Below are positions 43,436-61,200 of a stretch of DNA of 64,000 nucleotides, one piece after another. A model generated the notes under the pieces. The model was not told where the DNA came from and did not search any database. It worked only from the letters and a program-made list of their open reading frames with translations. The stretch is from Eledone cirrhosa (taxonomy: Eukaryota): contig OZ024740.1 of NCBI GenBank assembly GCA_964016885.1, positions 39,618,001 through 39,682,000 on the forward strand, in the 5' to 3' direction. The position numbers were made by a program, and so were the translations under genes. Positions within the stretch are counted from its first letter, which is position 1; the number at the start of each line of letters is the position of its first letter.

Positions 43436-45715
43436 GTATGGTGGTCAGGTGTAGTGGCTAAAGGGGACATAGATGTATGGTAGTCAGGTGTCGTGGCTAA
43501 AGGGGACATAGATGTATGGTAGTCAGGTGTAGTGGCTAAAGGGGAGATAGATGTATGGTAGTCAGGTGTAGTGGCTAAAGGCGACATAGATGTATGGTGG
43601 TCAGGTGTAGTGGCTAAAGGGGAGATAGATGTATGGTGGTCAGGTGTAGTGGCTAAAGGGGACATAGATGTATGGTGGTCAGGTGTAGTGGCTAAAGGGG
43701 ACATAGATGTATGGTAGTCAGGTGTAGTGGCTAAAGGGGACATAGATGTATGGTAGTCAGGTGTAGTGGCTAAAAGGGACATAGATGTATGGTGGTCAGG
43801 TGTAGTGGCTAAAGGCGACATAGATGTATGGTGGTCAGGTGTAGTGGCTAAAGGGGACATAGATGTATGGTGGTCAGGTGTAGTGGCTAAAGGGGACATA
43901 GATGTATGGTGGTCAGGTGTAGTGGCTAAAGGGGAGATAGATGTATGGTGGTCAGGTGTCGTGGCTAAAGGGGACATAGATGTATGGTGGTCAGGTGTAG
44001 TGGCTAAAGGGGAGATAGATGTATGGTAGTCAGGTGTAGTGGCTAAAGGCGACATAGATGTATGGTGGTCAGGTGTAGTGGCTAAAGGGGAGATAGATGT
44101 ATGGTGGTCAGGTGTAGTGGCTAAAGGGGACATAGATGTATGGTGGTCAGGTGTAGTGGCTAAAGGGGACATAGATGTATGGTAGTCAGGTGTAGTGGCT
44201 AAAGGGGACATAGATGTATGGTAGTCAGGTGTAGTGGCTAAAAGGGACATAGATGTATGGTGGTCAGGTGTAGTGGCTAAAGGCGACATAGATGTATGGT
44301 GGTCAGGTGTAGTGGCTAAAGGGGACATAGATGTATGGTGGTCAGGCGTAGTGGCTAAAGGGGAGATAGATGTATGGTGGTCAGGTGTAGTGGCTAAAGG
44401 GGACATAGATGTATGGTGGTCAGGTGTAGTGGCTAAAGGGGACATAGATGTATGGTAGTCAGGTGTAGTGGCTAAAGGGGACATAGATGTATGGTGGTCA
44501 GGTGTCGTGGCTAAAGGGGAGATAGATGTATGGTGGTCAGGTGTCGTGGCTAAAGGGGAGATAGATGTATGGTGGTCAGGTGTAGTGGCTAAAGGGGAGA
44601 TAGATGTATGGTGGTCAGGTGTAGTGGCTAAAGGGGAGATAGATGTATGGTGGTCAGGTGTAGTGGCTAAAGGGGACATAGATGTATGGTGGTCAGGTGT
44701 AGTGGCTAAAGGGGACATAGATGTATGGTGGTCAGGTGTAGTGGCTAAAGGGGACATAGATGTATGGTGGTCAGGTGTAGTGGCTAAAGGGGACATAGAT
44801 GTATGGTGGTCAGGTGTAGTGGCTAAAGGGGACATAGATGTATGGTGGTCAGGTGTAGTGGCTAAAGGGGACATAGATGTATGGTGGTCAGGTGTAGTGG
44901 CTAAAGGGGACATAGATGTATGGTAGTCAGTGTAGTGGCTAAAGGGGAGATAGATGTATGGTGGTCAGGTGTAGTGGCTAAAGGGGACATAGATGTATGG
45001 TGGTCAGGTGTAGTGGCTAAAGGGGACATAGATGTATGGTGGTCAGGTGTAGTGGCTAAAGGGGACATAGATGTATGGTGGTCAGGTGTAGTGGCTAAAG
45101 GGGACATAGATGTATGGTAGTCAGTGTAGTGGCTAAAGGGGAGATAGATGTATGGTGGTCAGGTGTAGTGGCTAAAGGGGACATAGATGTATGGTGGTCA
45201 GGTGTAGTGGCTAAAGGGGACATAGATGTATGGTGGTCAGGTGTAGTGGCTAAAGGGGACATAGATGTATGGTGGTCAGGTGTAGTGGCTAAAGGGGAGA
45301 TAGATGTATGGTGGTCAGGTGTAGTGGCTAAAGGGGAGATAGATGTATGGTGGTCAGGTGTAGTGGCTAAAGGGGACATAGCTGTATGGTGGTGAGTGTA
45401 GTGGCTAAAGGGGACATAGATGTATGGTGGTCAGGTGTAGTGGCTAAAGGGGAGATAGATGTATGGTGGTCAGGTGTAGTGGCTAAAGGGGACATAGCTG
45501 TATGGTGGTGAGTGTAGTGGCTAAAGGGGACATAGATGTATGGTGGTCAGGTGTAGTGGCTAAAGGGGAGATAGATGTATGGTGGTCAGGTGTAGTGGCT
45601 AAAGGGGACATAGATGTATGGTGGTCAGGTGTAGTGGCTAAAGGGGACATAGATGTATGGTAGTCAGTGTAGTGGTCGGGTGTAGTGGCTACAGAGGACA
45701 TAGATGTAAGGTGGT
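43436..45715. repeat. 39-bp minisatellite (GTATGGTGGTCAGGTGTAGTGGCTAAAGGGGACATAGAT)n in the last p38 intron
   Basis: About 58 highly homogeneous units. Confidence 0.98.
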
Positions 45716-45794
45716 GAGGGTTTCAAGTCTACAGTATTTCTACTTAGTCTTGTTTTGTTATAAAAAAGAAAACCAGGATTGATTCCTTCCTTTA

Positions 45795-45998
<204 letters not shown>

Positions 45999-46504
45999 TT
46001 AAATTCACATAAAACAAACATTTAAAATAAACTGTCTTTAGATTTCAATAAAGTATTTTGTAGTTTGTGTCAAAGTATTTAACAGTGTGTCACAATAACA
46101 TATTTAACAGTCTGTGTCACAAAATATTTAACAGTCTGTGTCTAACCCATGCTAGCGTGGAAAGTGGACGTTAAACGAGGATGATGATCATGATGTCAGA
46201 ATGTGTTAAACAGTCTGTGTCACAATAACATTTTTAATAGTGTGTCACAAAGTATTTAACAGTGTGTCACAATAACATATTTAACAGTGTGTGTCACAAA
46301 GTATTTAACTGTGTCACAATAACGCATTTAACAGTTTGGGTCACAACAAAGCATTTAACAGTCTGGGTCACTCAATATTTAACAGTCTGTGTCACAACGT
46401 ATTTAACAGCGAAATTTCTTTTTCCTATTTTTTTTTATATGATTTGAATGAATACGGCCTTCAAAATGGGCGGAAATTGTTAAAAAATCATATCGTAATG
46501 GAGT

Positions 46505-47018
46505 TCATCATTATCGTTTAACGTCCATCTTCCACACTAGCATGGGTTAGACAGGAGTTGTCCCACTTGAGGCAAGATTGGTCGGGTGACCGTGTCTTGC
46601 TCGTATAGGACTATCTGGCAGGTTTTCTACGGCTGGATGCCCTTCCTAACACCAACCACATTTACAGTGTGGACTGGAAACTTTTTACCGTGTTACCCAC
46701 ACAGCCACTTTACAGCGTGGACTGTGTGTTTTTATCGTGACACCTACATGACCTCATTAGTTTGAACTGGATGTTGTGGTACCAACATAACTTTATAGAG
46801 AGAGGGTGGTGTTGGTGGGAGTGGGAGGATGGAATGGCGCAGTGGGTTGGGGGTGTGTTTGGTTTGGAGGAGCCTACTGACTGTAGGTTAACTTTGCATG
46901 TAGGGAAGGCGGGTTTTCTGAAATACTGCGTGCCGCCAAAGATCTCAATCCAGTGACATTGTCTTAGAGAGTTGCAAGGTCAGACTTTATCATGTCGTCC
47001 CAGGTTTTTCTGGGTCTA
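46505..47018 (-). mobile_element. RTE LINE 3' fragment
   Basis: Homologous to 27287-27757 and 55472-56070. Confidence 0.82.
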
Positions 47019-47542
47019 AAAACTATACTCTAAACAACACTTAAAATATTTTAGATATCAAAATATTAAGACTTCATAAATATATTCTCCACTCAAAACC
47101 ATATCTAAACGTGTTGATTACCTGCTTTGGCTTAAAAATGGTGTCTGGATTTCTACTCATTTCTCAGGCATAAAATAGAGGGTCAGCTTATATTCAAGTA
47201 TATTCGGTAATTGTAGGCAGTGAATAGAGTGGAGATTTATAGAAGAAACCAGAACCAATCAATATCTTCTGAATAACTCTAAAGTGATTGATTGGTTTTC
47301 TGTATATACATATATACACATGCACACATGTATATCATGACTCATACACTATTCACTTCCCTGACATTTGTATATTATTCTATGTACTATACATGCACCT
47401 TTGAGGAGTTGTAGTGCATCTGAGCATTGTACACAATAATTTCATTATTATTATTATTATATTGATGATGATTTTGATGATGATTCAGTGATAACAAGCA
47501 GGAAAGACCAATAGTTTAAGGTTACTTATATTGCTAACTTAC

Positions 47543-47621
47543 CAAGAGGATTAGCATCTTCAAAATATCTTTCAAAATCTTTAGTTATTATATTTGGAAA
47601 GGATCTTACATATTCACGAGC
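47543..47621 (-). CDS. MAPK14: p38 MAP kinase exon (79 nt)
   Basis: CTACAAG|AREYVRSFPNIITKDFERYFEDANPL|GTAAGT; phases fit both neighbouring exons. Confidence 0.93.
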
Positions 47622-47805
47622 CTTGTAGAAATAAATAGAAAGTTATTAGAATTAGTCAATATTACAGACGTACACACATTTAAACATATATTCACATATG
47701 CCAGAGTGAAGTTAAATTATAAAGATATAAAAGGTAATCCAGTGAACAGTAGAAGTAGAGTAAAGAATCCAGCAGTGGTCTACCTACAGAAGTAAAGTAC
47801 CCTTT

Positions 47806-48005
47806 ATACAGAACAGTGATCTGTCTTCAACATGTAAAGTATGGTAGACTGTGAAGAGAAGTGATCTGTCTACATGTAAAGTATGGTAGACTATAAACAG
47901 AACAGTGGTCTGTCTACATGTAAAGTATGGTAGACTGTAAACACAACAGTGATTTGTCTACATGTAAAGTATGGTAGACTATACAGAACAGTGATTTGTC
48001 TACAA
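47806..48005. repeat. Minisatellite of about 42 bp, about 5 copies
   Basis: AACAGTGATCTGTCTACATGTAAAGTATGGTAGACT repeated. Confidence 0.85.
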
Positions 48006-48224
48006 CTAGTTTGATAGCAGAAATAAAATGAGATAGCTTATAGAAAAACACAACATATTACTTGTAGTAGCTTAGAAACTCACATATAGTTGGACAACAC
48101 TTGGAATTAAATAAATTTCAAGGTCACAAAATGAATTTGAAATAGTTTCAATTAATATTTTAGTCATATTACAAAATGAATTTGAAAACAAGCAATTTTT
48201 TTAACAAATTATATGAAAACTTAC

Positions 48225-48304
48225 ATCAGAACTGGAAATATTTTCTATGAATTCTTCACTTGGTTTCCCCAACATTAACAAAATTTTATTTAATTGATCA
48301 ATAT
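48225..48304 (-). CDS. MAPK14: p38 MAP kinase exon (80 nt)
   Basis: AAG|(H)IDQLNKILLMLGKPSEEFIENISSSD|GTAAGT. Confidence 0.95.
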
Positions 48305-53738
<5,434 letters not shown>

Positions 53739-53754
53739 TTGTGTAAAAAGTAAC

Positions 53755-54786
53755 CCCCTCTTTTCACTGAATATAACAGTTACTATGTAAAGAATAGTTT
53801 CCTGTTTTCACTGAATATAAGTTATTGCGTAAATAGTTCCTTTTTTTCAGTGAACATAACAGTTATTGTATAAAGTAAGATAACCTATAGAAAAACACAA
53901 CATATTACTTGTAGCTTAGAAACACACAGTTGGACAACTCTTTCCTGTTATCACTGAACATAAGTTATTCTGTAAAAAATAGCTCCTCTTTTCACTGAAT
54001 ATAACAGTTACTGTGTTAAAAAATAGTTCTCTATTTTCACTGAATATAACAGTTATTGTATAAAGAATAGGTCTTTTTTTCAGTAAACAACAGTTATTGA
54101 ATATAAGGGGAACTTTTTTGCACAATAACTATTGTGCAAAAAAGTTCCTTTTCATTGAATATAACAGTTATTGTGTAAAGAATAGTTCTATTTTTCATTG
54201 AATATAACAATTACTATGTAAAGAATAGTTTCTTGTTTTCACTGGACATAACAGTTATGTAAAGAATAGTTTCTTGTTTTCACTGGACATAACAGTTATG
54301 TAAAGAATAGTTTCTTGTTTTCACTGGACATAACAGTTATGTAAAGAATAGTTTCTTGTTTTCACTGGACATAACAGTTATGTAAAGAATAGTTTCTTGT
54401 TTTCACTGGACATAACAGTTATGTAAAGAATAGTTTCTTGTTTTCACTGGACATAACAGTTATGTAAAGAATAGTTTCTTGTTTTCACTGGACATAACAG
54501 TTATGTAAAGAATAGTTTCTTGTTTTCACTGGACATAACAGTTATGTAAAGAATAGTTTCTTGTTTTCACTGGACATAACAGTTATGTAAAGAATAGTTT
54601 CCTGTTTTCACTGGGTATAACAGTTATGTAAAGAATAGTTTCCTGTTTTCACTGGGTATAACAGTTACTATGTAAAAAATAGTTTCCTGTTTTCACTGGG
54701 TATAACAGTTACTATGTAAAAAATAGTTTCCTGTTTTCACTGGGTATAACAGTTACTATGTAAAAAATAGTTTCCTGTTTTCACTA
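53755..54786. repeat. 42-45-bp minisatellite, degenerate on the left and homogeneous on the right
   Basis: GTTTTCACTGGACATAACAGTTATGTAAAGAATAGTTTCTT repeated. Confidence 0.93.
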
Positions 54787-55077
54787 CAAACAATAACTCA
54801 TTGATTTAGTTACAAGATGAAATATCAGAGTAGAAATGTTGATATTTAATTCACAGTGAGAAGATGGTGATGATGATGATTATGATGCTGATTATGGCGA
54901 TGATGATGATGATTATGATGCTGATTATGGCGATGCTGATGATGATTAAGACTACGATAATTTCAAATCTGTATAACCAATATTTTTTTTTGTTTAATGT
55001 GATACCAACCGACATTAATTTTTCATCTTAAGTACAATATTGCATTGGAATATTTGAAATATAGAACAAAATATTAC

Positions 55078-55195
55078 CTGCTTTGCCATTATAGTGTCGC
55101 CAGTTTAACATGATTTCTGGAGCCCGGTACCAACGTGTGGCTACATAACCAGTCATTTCACTGTCTGTCATGCGGGCAAGTCCAAAATCAAGAAT
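55078..55195 (-). CDS. MAPK14: p38 MAP kinase activation-loop exon (118 nt, TGY)
   Basis: TTTACAG|[39 protein letters not shown]|GTAATA. TGY defines the p38 subfamily; the symbol is given by similarity only. Confidence 0.98.
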
Positions 55196-55241
55196 CTGTA
55201 AAATAACATTTAAAAAAAAAGAAAAAAGTCAGTTGATTAGA

Positions 55242-58200
55242 GAACTGTCATAACAACTGATGATATTGTTTATTAGAAGAACTGTCATAACAACTGATGA
55301 TATTGTTTATTAGAAGAACTGTCATAACTGGTGATATTGTTTATTAGAATAACTGTCATAACAACTGGTGATATTGTTTATTAGAAGAACCGTCATAACA
55401 ACTGGTGATATTGTTTATTAGAAGAACTGTCATAACAACAGGTGATATTGTTTACTATAAGAACTGTCATATTATCATCATCATCATCATCGTCGTTTAA
55501 ATCTATCTTCCACGCTAGCCTGGGTTTGGACAGGAATTTTCCCACTTGAGGCAAGATTGGTTGTCTTGCTCGCATAGGACTGTCTGGCGGGTTTTCAACG
55601 GCTGGATGCCCTTCCTAACACCCAAACACATTTACAGTGTTACTTACACGGCCACATTACAGCGTGGACTGTGTTTTTTTGTCGTGACACCTACACGACC
55701 ATTTATTTAGGACTGGATGCTGTGGTACCAACATAACTTTACATCGAAAGGGGTGGTGTGGATGGGGTGAGGGTAGTGGGACTGGGGTGTATTTTTGTTG
55801 AGAGGTGCCTACTGACCGTAGATTTCGCTTTGTACTTAGGCAAGGCGGGTCTTCTGTATTACTGCGTAGCGCCAAAGATCTCGGTCCAGTGACATTGTCT
55901 TGGAGAGGTGTAAGTGTGTGAGGTTTTTCTGGGTCTGCCTACTCCGTGGCTACCGTCTATTTTGATCGCCCTGCACTTTTTTATACAGCTGCCGTCTTTC
56001 ATGCGCATTACGTGAGCATATAACGTAGTTTTCTTTCGAGTAAACAGCATCCGATCCCTCTTATTCCTAATTTCTCACATATATTACTATTAGAACTGAT
56101 GATGATGTTTATAATAAGAACTGTGATATTTATAATAAGAACTGGTGATATTGTTTATTAGAAGAACTGTCATAACAACTGGTGATATTGTTTACTAGAA
56201 GAACTGTCATAACAACTGGTGATATTGTTTATTAGAACTGTCATAACAACTGGTGATATTGTTTACTAGAAGAACTGTCATAACAACTGGTGATATTGTT
56301 TATTAGAAGAACTGACACAACAACTGGTGATATTGTTTATTAGAAGAACTGACACAACAACTGGTGATATTGTTTATTAGAAGAACTGACATAACAACTG
56401 GTGATATTCTTTATTAGAAGAACTGTCATAACAACTGGTGATATTCTTTATTAGAAGAACTGTCATAACAACTGGTGATATTGTTTATTAGAAGAACTGT
56501 CATAACAACTGGCGATATTGTTTATTAGAAGAACTGACATAACTGGTGATATTGTTTATTAGATGAACTGTCATAACAACTGGTGATATTCTTTATTAGA
56601 AGAACTGTCATAACAACTGGTGATATTGTTTATTAGAAGAACTGTCATAACAACTGGTGATATTGTTTATTATTAGAACTGACATAACAACTGGTGATAT
56701 TGTTTACGAGAAGAACTGACATAACAACTGGTGATATTGTTTATTATTAGAACTGACATAACAACTGGTGATATTGTTTATTAGAAGAACTGTCATAAAA
56801 ACTGGTGATATTGTTTACTAGAAGAACTGTCATAACTGGTGATATTGTTTACTAGAAGAACTGACATAACAACTGGTGATATTGTTTATTATTAGAACTG
56901 ACATAACAACTGGTGATATTGTTTATTAGAAGAACTGACATAACTGGTGATATTGTTTACTAGAAGAACTGACATAACAACTGGTGATATTGTTTATTAT
57001 TAGAACTGACATAACTGGTGATATTGTTTATTAGAAGAACTGACATAACAACTGGTGATATTGTTTATTAGAAGAACTGACATAACAACTGGTGATATTG
57101 TTTATTAGAACTGACATAACTGATGATGATGTTTATAATAAGAGCTGTCATAACTGGTGATATTGTTTATTACAAGAACTGACATAACAACTGGTGATAT
57201 TGTTTACGATAAGAACTGTCATAACAACTGGTGATATTGTTTATTAGAAGAACTGTCATAACTGGTGATATTGTTTATTAGAAGAACTGTCATAACAACT
57301 GGTGATATTGTTTATTAGATGAACTCACATAACTGATGATATTGTTTATTAAATGAACTGACATAACTGGTGATATTGTTTACTATAAGAACTGTCATAA
57401 CTGGTGATATTGTTCATTAGAAGAACTGTCATAACAACTGGTGATATTGTTTATTAGATGAACTGACATAACAACTGGTGATATTGTTTATTAGATGAAC
57501 TGTCATAACAACTGGTGATATTGTTTATTAGAAGAACTGTCATAACAACTGGTGATATTGTTTATTAGAAGAACTGTCATAACAACTGGTGATATTGTTT
57601 ATTAGAAGAACTGACATAACAACTGGTGATATTGTTTATTAGATGAACTGACATAACAACTGGTGATATTGTTTACTATAAGAACTGTCATAACAACTGG
57701 TGATATTGTTTATTAGAAGAACTGTCATAACAACTGGTGATATTGTTTATTATAAGAACTGTCATAACTGGTGATATTGTTTATGAGATGAACTGACATA
57801 ACTGGTGATATTGTTTATTAGAAGAACTGTCATAACAACTGGTGATATTGTTTATTAGAAGAACTGTCATAACAACTGGTGATATTGTTTATTAGATGAA
57901 CTCACATAACTGATGATATTGTTTACTATAAGAACTGTCATAACAACTGGTGATATTGTTTATTAGAACTGTCATAACAACTGGTGATATTGTTTACTAG
58001 AAGAACTGTCATAACAACTGATGATGATGTTTATTAGAAGAACTGTCATAACAACTGGTGATATTGTTTATTAGAAGAACTGTCATAACAACTGGTGATA
58101 TTGTTTATTAGAAGAACTGACACAACAACTGGTGATATTGTTTATTAGAAGAGCTGACATAACTGGTGATATTGTTTATTAGAAGAACTGTCATAACAAC

Positions 58201-61200
58201 TGGTGATATTGTTTATTAGAAGAACTGTCATAACAACTGGCGATATTGTTTATTAGAAGAACTGACATAACAACTGGTGATATTGTTTATTAGATGAACT
58301 GTCATAACAACTGGTGATATTGTTTATTAGAAGAACTGTCATAACAACTGGTGATATTGTTTATTAGAAGAACTGTCATAACAACTGGTGATATTGTTTA
58401 TTATTAGAACTGACATAACAACTGGTGATATTGTTTACGAGAAGAACTGACATAACAACTGGTGATATTGTTTATTATTAGAACTGACATAACAACTGGT
58501 GATATTGTTTATTAGAAGAACTGTCATAACAACTGGTGATATTGTCTACTAGAAGAACTGTCATAACTGGTGATATTGTTTACTAGAAGAACTGACATAA
58601 CAACTGGTGATATTGTTTATTATTAGAACTGACATAACAACTGGTGATATTGTTTATTAGAAGAACTGACATAACTGGTGATATTGTTTACTAGAAGAAC
58701 TGACATAACAACTGGTAATATTGTTTATTATTAGAACTGACATAACTGGTGATATTGTTTATTAGAAGAACTGACATAACAACTGGTGATATTGTTTATT
58801 AGAAGAACTGACATAACTGGTGATATTGTTTATTAGAACTGACATAACAACTGATGATGATGTTTATAATAAGAGCTGTCATAACTGGTGATATTGTTTA
58901 TTACAAGAACTGACATAACAACTGGTGATATTGTTTATTACAAGAACTGACATAACAACTGGTGATATTGTTTACGATAAGAACTGTCATAACAACTGGT
59001 GATATTGTTTATTAGAAGAACTGTCATAACTGGTGATATTGTTTATTAGAAGAACTGTCATAACAACTGGTGATATTGTTTATTAGATGAACTCACATAA
59101 CTGATGATATTGTTTATTAAATGAACTGACATAACTGGTGATATTGTTTACTATAAGAACTGTCATAACTGGTGATATTGTTCATTAGAAGAACTGTCAT
59201 AACAACTGGTGATATTGTTTATTAGATGAACTGACATAACAACTGGTGATATTGTTTATTAGATGAACTGTCATAACAACTGGTGATATTGTTTATTAGA
59301 AGAACTGTCATAACAACTGGTGATATTGTTTATTAGAAGAACTGTCATAACAACTGGTGATATTGTTTATTAGAAGAACTGACATAACAACTGGTGATAT
59401 TGTTTATTAGATGAACTGACATAACAACTGGTGATATTGTTTATTAGATGAACTGTCATAACAACTGGTGATATTGTTTATTAGAAGAACTGTCATAACA
59501 ACTGGTGATATTGTTTATTAGAAGAACTGTCATAACAACTGGTGATATTGTTTATTATAAGAACTGTCATAACTGGTGATATTGTTTATGAGATGAACTG
59601 AAATAACTGGTGATATTGTTTATTAGAAGAACTGTCATAACAACTGGTGATATTGTTTATTAGAAGAACTGTCATAACAACTGGTGATATTGTTTATTAG
59701 ATGAACTCACATAACTGATGATATTGTTTACTATAAGAACTGTCATAACAACTGGTGATATTGTTTATTAGAACTATCATAACAACTGGTGATATTGTTT
59801 ACTAGAAGAACTGTCATAACAACTGGTGATATTGTTTATTAGAAGAACTGTCATAACAACTGGCGATATTGTTTATTAGAAGAACTGACATAACAACTGG
59901 TGATATTGTTTATTATTAGAACTGACATAACTGGTGATATTGTTTATTAGATGAACTGTCATAACAACTGGTGATATTGTTTATTAGAAGAACTGACATA
60001 ACTGGTGATATTGTTTACTAGAAGAACTGACATAACAACTGGTGATATTGTTTATTATTAGAACTGACATAACTGGTGATATTGTTTATTAGATGAACTG
60101 TCATAACAACTGGTGATATTGTTTATTAGAAGAACTGTCATAACAACTGGTGATATTGTTTATTAGAAGAACTGTCATAACAACTGGTGATATTGTTTAT
60201 TATTAGAACTGACATAACAACTGGTGATATTGTTTACGAGAAGAACTGACATAACAACTGGTGATATTGTTTATTATTAGAACTGACATAACAACTGGTG
60301 ATATTGTTTATTAGAAGAACTGTCATAACAACTGGTGATATTGTCTACTAGAAGAACTGTCATAACTGGTGATATTGTTTACTAGAAGAACTGACATAAC
60401 AACTGGTGATATTGTTTATTATTAGAACTGACATAACAACTGGTGATATTGTTTATTAGAAGAACTGACATAACAACTGGTGATATTGTTTACTAGAAGA
60501 ACTGACATAACAACTGGTGATATTGTTTATTATTAGAACTGACATAACTGGTGATATTGTTTATTAGAAGAACTGACATAACAACTGGTGATATTGTTTA
60601 TTAGAAGAACTGACATAACAACTGGTGATATTGTTTATTAGAACTGACATAACAACTGATGATGATGTTTATAATAAGAGCTGTCATAACTGGTGATATT
60701 GTTTATTACAAGAACTGACATAACAACTGGTGATATTGTTTACGATAAGAACTGTCATAACAACTGGTGATATTGTTTATTAGAAGAACTGTCATAACTG
60801 GTGATATTGTTTATTAGAAGAACTGTCATAACAACTGGTGATATTGTTTATTAGATGAACTCACATAACTGGTGATATTGTTTATTAAATGAACTGACAT
60901 AACTGGTGATATTGTTTACTATAAGAACTGTCATAACTGGTGATATTGTTTATTAGAACTGTCATAACAACTGGTGATATTGTTTACTAGAAGAACTGTC
61001 ATAACTGAAGATGATGTTTATTAGAAGAACTGTCATAACAACTGGTGATATTGTTTATTAGAAGAACTGTCATAACAACTGGTGATATTGTTTATTAGAA
61101 GAACTGACACAATAACTGGTGATATTGTTTATTAGAAGAAGTGACATAACAACTGGTGATATTGTTTATTAGAAGAACTGTCATAACAACTGGTGATATT

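Noticed and set aside
43366-45701. SPLATTPDHHTSM mucin-like ORFs and their antisense ORFs
   Set aside because: 39-bp intronic minisatellite with several frameshifts; no splice or start context linking it to p38.
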